DNA from: Solirubrobacteraceae bacterium
GTDB taxonomy: Bacteria > Actinomycetota > Thermoleophilia > Solirubrobacterales > Solirubrobacteraceae
NCBI GenBank assembly: GCA_049584155.1
Contig: JBAUXH010000113.1
Location: 1,918-65,917 of the forward strand
DNA length: 64,000 nucleotides
Direction: 5' to 3'
Below are positions 34,715 through 44,297 of this stretch, in pieces. A program made the translations under genes and the position numbers. The notes under the pieces were generated by a model, which ran no database searches, had not been told where the DNA came from, and saw nothing but the letters and a program-made list of their open reading frames with translations. Position 1 is the first letter of the stretch; the number at the start of each line of letters is the position of its first letter.

Positions 34715-37700
34715 TCAGGCGACTTCGGCGACGGGCGCCTCAGACGGACCGGCACGGTGCTCGTCCGTCATCTCAGGCGACACCGCCTCCGGAGGCAACC
34801 GCCGCGAGAGGACCTTAGAGACGCCGTCCCCGCCCATCGATACCCCATACAACCAGTCCGCGGCCTCCATCGTGCGCTTTTGATGAGTGATCACGATGAA
34901 CTGAGCCCGGTCGGAGTAGCGGCGCAGCAGAGCCAGAAAACGGTCGAGGTTAAGGTCGTCCAGCGCCGCCTCGACCTCGTCGAGGATGTAGAAGGGACAG
35001 GGACGCGCTAGGAACACGGCGAACAAGAACGCGAGCGCGGTCATCGACTTCTCCCCGCCGGAGAGCAGCGACAAGCGCTTGGTGGACTTGCCGGCCGGCG
35101 TGATCTCGATCTCGACGCCCATCGCGTCCTCCTGCTCGCCCTCGCCGCGAGCACGCTCCTCCTCGTGCTCGGCCTCGGCGTCGGCGGCGGCCTCTCCGGC
35201 GTCGGCGCTCCCCGAAGGATCCCCCTCTTCAGAGGCGGCGCTCGCGGCAGCGGACTGCCCACCCAAGACCGCGCGAGGCGTGTGCTCGTCGCGCACGAGA
35301 CGTAGCCGTCCGCTGCCGCCGGGAAACACGTCGCCGACGAGCTCCTCGAAGTTGCGCGCAGCGGCAGCGAACGTCTGCTCGAACGTCTCCGAAATCTGGC
35401 GATCGGTGTCCCTGATCAACGTCCTCAGCTCGCGTAGCGCCGTCTCCAGATCCGAACGTCTGGTCTCGAGCTCCTCGACATGAGCGAGCGCCTCGGCATA
35501 CTCCTCCTGCGCCAGCGGATTGACTGGGCCGAGCTGCTCGCGTCGGCGAGTCAGCCGCTGCACGCGGGCCTCCAGCGCGCTCGCCTCCTCCGGCGGAAGG
35601 GGCGGCTGGGCGTCCTCCTCATCGTCCGCCGGCGGCAGCGAACGCTCCAGACGCTCGGCGATGGCGCTCAGCTCCTCAGCGGCCTCACCGGCTTGGTCGC
35701 GCAATCGCTGAGCGGCTACCTCGACGGCGGTTACAGTCTCTCCGAGCGCCCGCAGGCGCGTCTGGATCTCAGCCTCCTCGTGAGCACAGGAACGCAGCTC
35801 GACCGCGACCTGCTCCCCGGCGGCGTGATCGCGCGAAAGTTGCTCCTCCAACTCCACCAGCAGCGTTTCGGCGCCCCCGCCCACGGACGCAAGCGCCGCC
35901 GCGATCCGTCGAGCGCGAGGCTCCAGCGCCATATCGGCTGCATGCCTTGCTCGCAAGCGCGCGATGCGCTGCTCGCGCTGAGCGCGTTCGGCGGCCAACC
36001 GCTCAGCCTGCCTGCGCTCGGCCGCGAGCTCGCCCTGCAACTGCGCTCGGCGAACCGCCAGGGGACCCTGCTCGGGGGCCGTACGCCGCTGCTCAATCAG
36101 CCACCCGGTGCGGCGCTCTGACTCGGTTACCTCAGCGAAAGCACGTTCGGACTCGCGCAGCGCCTCATCGGCTTGCGCACGAGCATCATCTGCGCCCTGT
36201 ACGACCTCCAGCGCCATCTGCACCGCAGAGCGGGCGGAGTGCTCGGCCTGCACCGCCACATCGCTGGAGGCGATCAATCGCTCACGCTCGTTGCGCCGCG
36301 CCAGCACTCGCTCGGCGCCACCCTCGCTCACCTGACGCACCTCCCCCCAAGCCGCGAACAGCACCCGCCCGGACCTCGTCACCGCGACCCCGGCGAACCC
36401 CTCGGTGACATCCCGCAAGCTCTCCACGACCCACGCATCGCCCAGCAACCGTCGCGCGAGCTCCAGCGTCGGGCCAGATCCACTGACCAGCTCGATCAGC
36501 CTGACCGCGCCAGGGGACGGCGGCACACCTCCGTCCCCTGATGAATCGCCCCGCACCACCGGCGTCTCGGCCGCGGGGACGTCCGCGGCCTCACCCGCCA
36601 ACAATGCGCTCGCACCATCAGGACCAGCGCTATCCAAAAGTGTGGTGGCGCCATTGAGGTCGCGCACCAACGCTGCATCCAGACGCCCACCCAGCGCGGC
36701 GGTGAGCGCCAGCTCATAACCGTCGCTCACCTGCAGCGCCTCACTCAGAGCGCGCGCGCCACCCGCGCCGGCGCCGCCGTGGCGAGCATGACTGCTCAGG
36801 AACTGGTTGGCCGCGGCCAACTCGGCGCCAACCGCCGCGGCCTCTCGACGGGCCGACTCCACCGCGGCCTCGGCCCTGCGCAGCCCAGCGCGAGCCTGCT
36901 CGGCCAGGACATCGGCCCCTGCCCGCTCCTCGTGCGCGGCCTCAACCGCCTCACTCAGCTCGGCCGCGAGCTGTATTGCGCGCTCGCGCTCGGTCTGCAA
37001 CTCCTGCACCTCGCGCTCGACCTCACGCTCGCGCTCGTGCTCCAGCTCCGCCAGCTCCCCCTCGAGTCGACTTATCCGATCTTTGCTCGCGACCTCATGG
37101 TCTCCTGCGCCACTATCAGTGCTCGCATTGGCCTCAGAACCATCGACCGGGGCCGTCAGTGCGCCTAACTCGATCTCGATACGACTCGCGCGCTCGGCCA
37201 GCGTGACCGCTGTCGCCTCGGCCTGCTCGCCACGCAGCTGTAGCCGCTCGCGCGCAGAGCGGATCTCATACGCTCGCCGCGACAGCGCGTCGTGACGCTC
37301 GGTGCGTTCAGCCAGTGCCGCCTCCGCCCGTCCACGCCGCTCCACGATCGCCCCCAGCTCCAACTCGACCGACTCGCGGCGCGCGCGCGCGTCACGTACC
37401 TGAGTCTCGGCCTCGCGCAGGTCTACACCGCGAGCCCGCAACGCCTCGCACGCGAGCGTCCAGCGGGCTTCTAGCAACTGGCGCTCAAGCCGCTCGTGCA
37501 ACTCCGCCGCCTCGGCCTGACGCTTGAGCGGACGCAACCGCGTGCGCGCCTCGCGCTCGACGTCGAGGGCTCGATCCAGATTCTCTTGCGTGCGATCGAG
37601 CTTCAGCTGTGCGCGGCGACGGCGCTTGCGGTGCTTGCCGAGCCCCGCGGCCTCCTCGATCAGCAGTCGCCGGTCGCGCGGCTTGGACGTTACGATCGCC

Positions 37701-38140
37701 TCGACCCGACCCTGAGAGATGACCGAATGCTGCTCCTTGCCGAGGCCCGTATCCGACAGCACCTCGATCACATCCGTCAGCCGGCAACGGGCGCCGTTGA
37801 GCCGGTAGCCGCCCTCCCCGTTGCGATCGAGCCGGCGTACGATCGAGATCTCACTCAGCGGCAGATCGACCGTGCCGTCGGAATTGTCGAGCACGATCTC
37901 GACCTCCGCTGCACTGCGCGCCTGCACATTGCGCCCACCGCCGAAGATCACATCTTGCATCGACTGGCCCCTGACCGCGAGCGGGGACTGCTCGCCCATC
38001 GCCCATAGGACCGCGTCGGTCACGTTGGACTTGCCCGAACCGTTGGGTCCGACCACCACGCTAACGCCCGGACCGAAATCCAAACACGTGCGGTCGGGGA
38101 AGGACTTGAACCCCTTCAACGTGAGTGACTTCAAGCGCAT
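34715..38140 (-). CDS. smc: chromosome segregation protein SMC
   Basis: The start was moved to ATG 38140 (MRLKSLTLKGFKSFPDRT...GPNGSGKSN). Long coiled coils, and C-terminal LSGGEKSMTALAFLFA...YILDEVEAALD. Confidence 0.96.
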   Translation of the reverse strand: MRLKSLTLKGFKSFPDRTCLDFGPGVSVVVGPNGSGKSNVTDAVLWAMGEQSPLAVRGQSMQDVIFGGGRNVQARSAAEVEIVLDNSDGTVDLPLSEISIVRRLDRNGEGGYRLNGARCRLTDVIEVLSDTGLGKEQHSVISQGRVEAIVTSKPRDRRLLIEEAAGLGKHRKRRRRAQLKLDRTQENLDRALDVEREARTRLRPLKRQAEAAELHERLERQLLEARWTLACEALRARGVDLREAETQVRDARARRESVELELGAIVERRGRAEAALAERTERHDALSRRAYEIRSARERLQLRGEQAEATAVTLAERASRIEIELGALTAPVDGSEANASTDSGAGDHEVASKDRISRLEGELAELEHEREREVEREVQELQTERERAIQLAAELSEAVEAAHEERAGADVLAEQARAGLRRAEAAVESARREAAAVGAELAAANQFLSSHARHGGAGAGGARALSEALQVSDGYELALTAALGGRLDAALVRDLNGATTLLDSAGPDGASALLAGEAADVPAAETPVVRGDSSGDGGVPPSPGAVRLIELVSGSGPTLELARRLLGDAWVVESLRDVTEGFAGVAVTRSGRVLFAAWGEVRQVSEGGAERVLARRNERERLIASSDVAVQAEHSARSAVQMALEVVQGADDARAQADEALRESERAFAEVTESERRTGWLIEQRRTAPEQGPLAVRRAQLQGELAAERRQAERLAAERAQREQRIARLRARHAADMALEPRARRIAAALASVGGGAETLLVELEEQLSRDHAAGEQVAVELRSCAHEEAEIQTRLRALGETVTAVEVAAQRLRDQAGEAAEELSAIAERLERSLPPADDEEDAQPPLPPEEASALEARVQRLTRRREQLGPVNPLAQEEYAEALAHVEELETRRSDLETALRELRTLIRDTDRQISETFEQTFAAAARNFEELVGDVFPGGSGRLRLVRDEHTPRAVLGGQSAAASAASEEGDPSGSADAGEAAADAEAEHEEERARGEGEQEDAMGVEIEITPAGKSTKRLSLLSGGEKSMTALAFLFAVFLARPCPFYILDEVEAALDDLNLDRFLALLRRYSDRAQFIVITHQKRTMEAADWLYGVSMGGDGVSKVLSRRLPPEAVSPEMTDEHRAGPSEAPVAEVA

Positions 38141-38150
38141 CGTTCGAACC

Positions 38151-38238
38151 TCATTGAGCGGCCTGCAACTTGTCCACGGCCCCTCGAGCGGCCTCTTGCT
38201 CGGCATGCTTCTTGCTTTTGCCCCTGGCCCCGCATGGC
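38151..38238 (-). pseudogene. decayed duplicate of the last ~85 nt of rnc
   Basis: Aligns with 38325-38410 at a constant 174-nt offset, with a perfect 35-nt core (38188-38222 = 38362-38396). It reads GARGKSKKHAEQEAARGAVDKLQAAQ* against the rnc tail GSGKSKKHAEQEAAREAVDRLQEQT*. A 2-nt indel breaks the frame upstream. Confidence 0.75.
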
Positions 38239-38324
38239 GGCGCTGGATCTGCGTCCTCGGTCGCTCGCGTACGTAGTACGCCACGCTCCCTGCGTCCTTG
38301 ACCAGCTTGCCCTGCGAACCCAGG
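38239..38324. repeat. quasi-palindromic intergenic repeat, copy B (inverted relative to copy A)
   Basis: The core at 38249-38300 is the reverse complement of 27214-27265 with 2 mismatches. It contains the hairpin GCGTAC-gta-GTACGC. Confidence 0.8.
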
Positions 38325-39002
38325 TCATGTTTGCTCCTGCAAACGGTCCACGGCCTCCCGTGCGGCCTCTTGCTCGGCATGCTTCTTGCTTTTGCCTGAC
38401 CCCGCACCGAGCGTCTCGCCATCCACGAGCGCCACCACCTCGTACGTGCGCTCGTGTGGGGGTCCACTCTCGCCGGTGATCTCGTAGGAAACCACCGACC
38501 CGCGGCGAGCCAGCAACTCCTGCAGCGCGGACTTGAAATCGACCGGGTGCTCCAGCGCCTGCTCGATCTCCGGTTGAAACGCCTCCACCACCGCCTCGGA
38601 GGTGCGCTCGTAGCCGGCAGTCAGATAGCACGCGCCGATCACCGCCTCTATCACAGACGCGAGCACACGCTCGGTCTCCACCAACGCCACCGCCCCGCCC
38701 GCGGCGCTCGATGGTGCCGCAGCTCGCAGCCGCTCGGGCACACCCAGCCGCTCGGCGACCGCGCGGCAGCTCGGGCCCGATACCGCCTGGGCGCGAATCT
38801 TCGTCAACCGCCCCGCCCCGAATCGCTCCGCTTCCAACCGCGGGTACAGATGAGTAGTGATCGCCAGTCCCAGCACACTGTCGCCGAGGAACGCCAATCG
38901 CGAGTAGGAATCCTCGCGACGCTCGGTCCACGACGCATGGGTGAATACTTGACGCTCGAGCTCTTCCGGCAGCTCTTCGAGCAGCTCGTTGAGCAGCTTC
39001 AT
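38325..39002 (-). CDS. rnc: ribonuclease III
   Basis: FTHASW...RLAFLGDSVLGLAI (signature), ...EAVIGACYL and a C-terminal dsRBD. Confidence 0.95.
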   Translation of the reverse strand: MKLLNELLEELPEELERQVFTHASWTERREDSYSRLAFLGDSVLGLAITTHLYPRLEAERFGAGRLTKIRAQAVSGPSCRAVAERLGVPERLRAAAPSSAAGGAVALVETERVLASVIEAVIGACYLTAGYERTSEAVVEAFQPEIEQALEHPVDFKSALQELLARRGSVVSYEITGESGPPHERTYEVVALVDGETLGAGSGKSKKHAEQEAAREAVDRLQEQT

Positions 39003-39247
39003 GACGCAACGGCATGCGCCAACACGAAGTCCACCGCCTGTCCGACCGTCGTGATCGCGGCCGCCTGCTCGTCGCTCATGCGCACACCGTAACTGTCCTC
39101 CAGCTCCTGCACCAGCGTGTATAGGTCCAAAGAGTCGGCCTCCAGATCCTCACGAAACCGCGTTTCCTCATCGATCGCGCTCGGCTCGACGTCCAGCTCG
39201 TCGGCCAGATGTCCCCTGATCAGCTCCCTCACCTCCTCACGCGTCAT
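38999..39247 (-). CDS. acpP: acyl carrier protein
   Basis: The start was moved to ATG 39247. 82 aa with LEADSLDLYTLV (phosphopantetheine Ser). ATGA overlap with the rnc start. Confidence 0.93.
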   Translation of the reverse strand: MTREEVRELIRGHLADELDVEPSAIDEETRFREDLEADSLDLYTLVQELEDSYGVRMSDEQAAAITTVGQAVDFVLAHAVAS

Positions 39248-40355
39248 CTGCGGGCAGGCTAGCGATCGACGCGGACACGGGCGCGGCCCGTCGCAGCGCC
39301 CCCGCCCGCGCCAGTGCCGTGTGCGTGCGCGCACCCAGATCCTCGCTCGCACCGCGCTGCGCGCGCAGGATCGCCTGCGCGAACCCGCGCCGGGCGAACC
39401 CGCCGTGAGGAACGACCCCGAGCCGGCGCAAGCCGAGCAGGTACGCGCCACCTTGCCCTTCAGGGTCGATCTCCTCCCGCAGCCCACCCAATGCGGGCCG
39501 TAGCAGCATCCCGCCGAGCTTCGCCCGCGTCGAGGACATCGCCGCCTCGCGGATCGCCCTCAGCAATGTCTGCGAGACGCCCTCCATCGTCTTCAGCGCG
39601 ATGTTGCCGGTCAGCCCATCCGTAACGATCACGTCAGCCACGCCCGAGACCAGGTCGCCGCCCTCAACATTGCCCACCAGCTCAAACCCACTCGTATCCC
39701 TATCCACTCGCGCACGCAACCGCGCGTGGGTCTCGACGATGAGCGGGCTGCCACGCTCGGCCTCCTCGCCGTTGGACAGCAGTCCCACGCGCGGGCGCTC
39801 GACGCCGAGCAGCGTCTGCACCAGGGCGACACCCATGAACGCGAACTGCTCCAGATGCTCACTGCGCGCCTGCGCGTTGGCACCAACATCTAGCAGCGTC
39901 ACCGGCCGCGTGGGCACGGGCAGCACCAACGCGAGCGCAGGTCGGTGAATCCCGCGAGCGCGCTTGATGTTAAAAAGTCCCGCCGCCAGGGCCGCACCCG
40001 TGCCCCCCGCACACACCAACGCCTGCGCCCTGTCCTCCGCCACCGCCCGCGCAGCCTGAACGATCGAGGCCTCGGGGTTGGCTCGCGCCGCCCTCGCCGG
40101 ATCGGGGCTCTTGGCGATCGAAACAGGCGCGTCTACCACCTCGATCATGCCCTCGCCCGCACCCTGAAGCGCGGTCCTCAGCTCACGCCCAGGACCAAAC
40201 AGGACCGTCCGTGCGCCCTCCCCTGACGCGATCACAGCACCAGCCACAACCTCGGCCGGACCGAGATCGGCACCGTTGCAGTCGACCGCGACCACCACAT
40301 CCGTATGCGTGCCCGACCTATTCGCGCGCTTGGACCGCCCATCCGCGCCCTCCAT
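39237..40355 (-). CDS. plsX: phosphate acyltransferase PlsX
   Basis: VAVDCNGADLGP...LVCAGGTGA...GLLSNGEE...VTDGLTGNIALK. ATG 40355 is preferred because GGAGG lies 5 nt upstream. The track TTG at 40376 is an alternative. Confidence 0.93.
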   Translation of the reverse strand: MEGADGRSKRANRSGTHTDVVVAVDCNGADLGPAEVVAGAVIASGEGARTVLFGPGRELRTALQGAGEGMIEVVDAPVSIAKSPDPARAARANPEASIVQAARAVAEDRAQALVCAGGTGAALAAGLFNIKRARGIHRPALALVLPVPTRPVTLLDVGANAQARSEHLEQFAFMGVALVQTLLGVERPRVGLLSNGEEAERGSPLIVETHARLRARVDRDTSGFELVGNVEGGDLVSGVADVIVTDGLTGNIALKTMEGVSQTLLRAIREAAMSSTRAKLGGMLLRPALGGLREEIDPEGQGGAYLLGLRRLGVVPHGGFARRGFAQAILRAQRGASEDLGARTHTALARAGALRRAAPVSASIASLPADDA

Positions 40356-40368
40356 GCCCTCCTCCCGG

Positions 40369-40887
40369 CTAGTCAAGCTTCAGCTCGCTCAACTTCGCCC
40401 ACCGCGAGTCTCGTGCACGCTCATGCGTGTGCCCGGGACCGACCTCATTGAGGTCGGCTGCGCACTCCGGACACAAGCCCGCGCAGTCCTGTCTACACAG
40501 CACCTTTGCGGGCGCCGCCAACGCAAATGCATCGCGCGCCCACGCTGCCAGATCCACGATCTCCCCCGTCACGTATGGGCTTTCCAGCTCCTCGCCTTCG
40601 CCCGGCACATCCACCTCGCGCGCCTGCACCTCGACCTCCGGCGCGGCCTCCTTCAGACAGCGCATACACGGCCCGGCGAGCTTCGTACTCAACGCCAGCT
40701 TGAGCGCGTACCCACCGCCGATCATCTTCGACACGTCCAACGTTACGTCCACGGTCTGGGGGCGCGCCTCGTACCGCTCGCCGCCCAGCTCCAGCGGGTC
40801 GATGGGCACCGTCAGCTCCAGCATGCGCCCCTCCCCCGGACTGAGCCGCAGGCCGGCCAGGTCGAACGTGTGCGTCTGCGTTGGCAC
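40369..40887 (-). CDS. yceD: YceD/DUF177 family protein
   Basis: 172 aa with CMRCL...CRQDCAGLCPECAADLN, a Cys-rich pattern typical of DUF177. Canonical position upstream of plsX. Confidence 0.87.
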   Translation of the reverse strand: MPTQTHTFDLAGLRLSPGEGRMLELTVPIDPLELGGERYEARPQTVDVTLDVSKMIGGGYALKLALSTKLAGPCMRCLKEAAPEVEVQAREVDVPGEGEELESPYVTGEIVDLAAWARDAFALAAPAKVLCRQDCAGLCPECAADLNEVGPGHTHERARDSRWAKLSELKLD

Positions 40888-40918
40888 CCGCTCCAGGCTA
40901 GCGCCTGACCTCCGAAGG

Positions 40919-42559
40919 CTACGCCTGCGCGACCAGCTCGCGCTTGAGGACCTTGCCCGTCGCGTTGCGCGGCAACTGCTCCAGGAACACCACCTCGCGC
41001 GGCACCTTGTAGCGGGCGAGGTTCGCCTTGACGTAGTCCTTCACCGCCTCCTCATCCAGCTGCGCTCCCTCGCGCAACACCACGAACGCCTTCAGACGCT
41101 GCCCGAACTGCTCGTCGCTCACGCCCACGACGGCGGCCTCCTCGATCTGCTCGTGGTCGGCCAGCAGATCCTCGACCTCTCGCGGGAACACGTTCTCGCC
41201 GCCCGAGACGATCATCTCATCGTCACGCCCGTCCACGAACAGCCGTCCACTGGCATCGAACCGCCCAACGTCACCGGTGCTCATCAGCCCGCGCACGATC
41301 TCCTTGTTGCCGCCCCCCGTATAGCCTTCGAAGACCATCTCGTTAGCCACGAATATGCGCCCCCCCTCCCCCGGTGCCGCCTCGCGACCCTCGGAGTCCA
41401 GCAGCTTCACGATCGTCCCCATCGGCGCCCGCCCAGCAGTCCCGGGTGCGGCACGCAGATCCTCGGGCGTGGCGATCGTCGCCCACGCCACCTCCGTGGA
41501 CCCATACAGGTTGTAGAGCACGTCCCCCAGCACGTCCATCGCTCGTATCGCCAGCTCGCCCGGCAGCGCCGAGCCGCTCAACGCGACCACCTTCAGCGAA
41601 CTCAGGTCGTACTTGGCGATCGTCTCAGGACCCAGCTCGAGGATTCGCTGAAGCATCACCGGCACCACCGCCAGCGCGCTCGCGCGATGGTGAGCGATCG
41701 CCTTGAGGGTGTCCTCGGGATCGAACTTGCGCCGCAGCACCAGCGTCGAGGCGAGCGGCAGCGCGAGCGTGAAGTGCGCGAACCCCCACGAGTGGAACAT
41801 CGGCGCGGCGATCACCGTCGTCTGGCGCGCCCGTAGCGGGATCTTCGAGAACAGCGCAGCCAACGGCTCGATCGTGTCGGGCTGCTTGCGTGGCGCCCCC
41901 TTGGGCGTCCCGGTTGTGCCCGACGTAAGGATCACCACCCGCCCCTTCTCGGCCGGCGGCTCAAGCGGCCCCTGCGACTCCTTAGCGATCAGCTCCTCCA
42001 ACAGCGGATCGGACTGCGCCGAGGGCCGCTCACCGGGCTCATGCCAGGAGACGAACCGTTTGCGGCCCTCACCCCCCTCGCTCACCAGGTTCGCGAACTC
42101 TTCGTCGTAGATCAGCACCGCCGGATCCTCACGGCGCATCACGTCCGCGATCTGCGGACCCGCGAACGCCGTGTTCAAATACAGCGCACCGGCCCCCAAC
42201 TTCGAGCAGGCCATCGTCGCGTCGATGAACCCACGGTGGTTGCGACACATGATCGCGACGTTGTCCTGCTCACCGACACCGGCGCTCGCGAGCACCCGCG
42301 CGAGCGCGTTCGTACGGCGCTCCACCTCAGCGAACGTCAGCGTGCCCCTCTCGTCCACCAGCGCCTCCCGCTCGGGGTACCTGATCGACATCACCGTGCA
42401 CGACGCCGCCGGCGTCGGTCCCCAGCGGCGCAACGCCGCGAGCGTCCGCACGGCCTTGTCCGGGCGCATCGGTTGGACCATGCCGGTGCCCAACAGCGTC
42501 TGGGCGACCTTCAGCTTGTACTTCACTTCGCGCGTGTTCACGCGCAGGACCCTACCCAA
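40919..42559 (-). CDS. AMP-dependent acyl-CoA synthetase/ligase
   Basis: AMP box ILTSGTTGTPKG, YGSTE, GDVGRFDASGRLFVDGRDDEMI, and a terminal K in ATGKVLKREL. Confidence 0.9.
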   Translation of the reverse strand: MGRVLRVNTREVKYKLKVAQTLLGTGMVQPMRPDKAVRTLAALRRWGPTPAASCTVMSIRYPEREALVDERGTLTFAEVERRTNALARVLASAGVGEQDNVAIMCRNHRGFIDATMACSKLGAGALYLNTAFAGPQIADVMRREDPAVLIYDEEFANLVSEGGEGRKRFVSWHEPGERPSAQSDPLLEELIAKESQGPLEPPAEKGRVVILTSGTTGTPKGAPRKQPDTIEPLAALFSKIPLRARQTTVIAAPMFHSWGFAHFTLALPLASTLVLRRKFDPEDTLKAIAHHRASALAVVPVMLQRILELGPETIAKYDLSSLKVVALSGSALPGELAIRAMDVLGDVLYNLYGSTEVAWATIATPEDLRAAPGTAGRAPMGTIVKLLDSEGREAAPGEGGRIFVANEMVFEGYTGGGNKEIVRGLMSTGDVGRFDASGRLFVDGRDDEMIVSGGENVFPREVEDLLADHEQIEEAAVVGVSDEQFGQRLKAFVVLREGAQLDEEAVKDYVKANLARYKVPREVVFLEQLPRNATGKVLKRELVAQA

Positions 42560-42603
42560 TTGCGGGGGTTTCGAGCCGGCGCAGGCTTTCCGCCCGTGCG
42601 CGC

Positions 42604-43068
42604 TCAGCTGACTTCGGCCGGTTCGTCCTTACCCTGCAGGCGCTCGCGGCCGCGCTGCACGGCCGCGATGAACTTCGACAGGTTCACCTCGAGCGTGTTC
42701 AAGATCTCATCCGCGTAGTCCTCCGCGCCCAGCCGTATCTCGCGCTCCCGGGCGCGGGCGTCCTCGACGATGTCCTCGGCGGCGCGCTCGGCCTGCTTGG
42801 TGACCTCCTCCTCGCCCACCAGTCGGTCCTGGCGCTCGCGCGCCTCCTTGAGGATCCGCTCGGCCTCCTTCTTGGCCTCGGCCAGCATCTCCTGGCGCTC
42901 CTTGACGATCCAGCGGGCCTGCTTGATCTCCTCGGGGATCGTCGCGCGCATCTGGTCGAGGATGTCGTAGATCTCCTCCTTGTCGACGCGCACCTGATCG
43001 GTCAGGGGCACCGGCTTGGCGTTATGCACCAGATCGTCGAGCTTGTCTATCAGTACCAGGACATCCAT
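42604..43068 (-). CDS. coiled-coil protein resembling ATPase stalk subunits (b/H-like), function unknown
   Basis: 154 aa, E/K/R-rich heptad-like sequence, high GC3. Confidence 0.75.
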   Translation of the reverse strand: MDVLVLIDKLDDLVHNAKPVPLTDQVRVDKEEIYDILDQMRATIPEEIKQARWIVKERQEMLAEAKKEAERILKEARERQDRLVGEEEVTKQAERAAEDIVEDARAREREIRLGAEDYADEILNTLEVNLSKFIAAVQRGRERLQGKDEPAEVS

Positions 43069-43181
43069 TGGCTAAACACTATCTCCGTCCGCGCCCACCG
43101 CGGCGGCGGGCTTGGTTGTGCAAGGGCGCCGGCCACGCGGATCGTGCGGCAGATCTCCAGTCGGGTTCGGCCCTAAGTTCG

Positions 43182-43682
43182 TCAACGTCGCAGCTCTTCC
43201 TGCAATCGCGCCGCCACCTGCGCAGGCACGAGATCGTCGATTCGTCCACCGAATATCGCCAACTCCTTGACGCCGCTGGAGGACAGGAAGCTGTACTGCG
43301 AGCTGGCCATCAGATACACCGACTCTATCCCCGGATCCTGGCGGCGGTTGAGCTGATGCATCTCCAGCTCGTACTCGAAGTCCGATATCGCCCTCAGCCC
43401 CTTCACGATCGCGTGGGCGCCGACCTTGCGGGCGAACTCAACGACGAGCGTGTTAAACGGCTCCGCTCGGACGTTCGCAAGCCCAGTGGTCGCCTGCTCG
43501 ATGAACGCCAACCGCTCCTCAATCCCAAATAGCGTCTTGTCCTTACGTACCGACCGATTCACGACGGCTATCACGACCTCATCGAACAGCATCGCGGCGC
43601 GTCCGATCACGTCCAGATGCCCGTTGGTAATCGGGTCATACGAGCCCGGGCAGACTGCTATCCGTTTGGTTTTCTCGGTCAT
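43182..43682 (-). CDS. coaD: phosphopantetheine adenylyltransferase
   Basis: AVCPGSYDPITNGHLDVI...VKGLRAISDFEYE. Confidence 0.96.
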   Translation of the reverse strand: MTEKTKRIAVCPGSYDPITNGHLDVIGRAAMLFDEVVIAVVNRSVRKDKTLFGIEERLAFIEQATTGLANVRAEPFNTLVVEFARKVGAHAIVKGLRAISDFEYELEMHQLNRRQDPGIESVYLMASSQYSFLSSSGVKELAIFGGRIDDLVPAQVAARLQEELRR

Positions 43683-44221
43683 GCGTGGCGATGGATTGCG
43701 ATGGTGGTGTCTCCGTAGCGGCGCTCTTTCTCGAGCTCTAGCCCGAGGTCTAGCGGTGTGCGGCGATCGCGCTCTAGTACCACGCGCGCCCTCGGCGCGA
43801 GCACCCCTGCCAGCGCTGCCGACAGCGGCGGCCCCAGCTGGAGCGCCTGTCCGTATGGAGGATCGATCAGGAGGAGATCGTATGTCTCTTTGCGTTTCCG
43901 TGCCCTCCGGAGAGCGTCATCGGCACGTTCGCGTCTGAGCTGCGCCTCCTCGCCGGCCAGCCCGAGTGTCGCCAGATTGTTCTGCAGCGCCTCGATCGCG
44001 GCCCGGTCGCACTCGACGAACACCGCCTGGCGGGCGCCGCGAGAAAGCGCCTCGATGCCCAACGCGCCCGTCCCCGCGAACAGGTCCAGCACGCGTGCCC
44101 CTTCGACGTCACCAAGCATCGCAAACAGCGCCTCGCGCACACGCTCAGATGTCGGCCTGGTCGTCCGGCCCTTCGGCGCCGTTAGCCGGCGCCCACCGTA
44201 GCGACCCGCGATCACCCTCAT
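43679..44221 (-). CDS. rsmD: 16S rRNA (guanine966-N2)-methyltransferase RsmD
   Basis: The start was moved to ATG 44221 (MRVIAGRYGGRRL..TRPTSERVREALF...DLFAGTGALGIEALSRG...IDPPY). Confidence 0.92.
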   Translation of the reverse strand: MRVIAGRYGGRRLTAPKGRTTRPTSERVREALFAMLGDVEGARVLDLFAGTGALGIEALSRGARQAVFVECDRAAIEALQNNLATLGLAGEEAQLRRERADDALRRARKRKETYDLLLIDPPYGQALQLGPPLSAALAGVLAPRARVVLERDRRTPLDLGLELEKERRYGDTTIAIHRHA

Positions 44222-44297
44222 CCACGAACCGTAACGCGCGCTCTGGAGCGGGCACGATCCGCCCCCAGATTCGCCCTTTGCCGCTGCAATGTGTCGT

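Noticed and set aside
38142-38150. GGTTCGAAC T-loop-like motif, and a similar GGGTTCGCA near 38311-38320, hinting at a tRNA
   Set aside because: I could not build an acceptor stem, anticodon arm or D-arm around either motif. Both belong to the duplicated rnc-smc junction sequence.
38141-38467. 109-codon N-terminal extension of the smc ORF (track start 38467)
   Set aside because: SMC's conserved N-terminus (MRLKSLTLKGFKSF...GPNGSGKSN) begins at ATG 38140. The extension is read-through of the intergenic repeat, the rnc ghost copy and the rnc 3' end in another frame.
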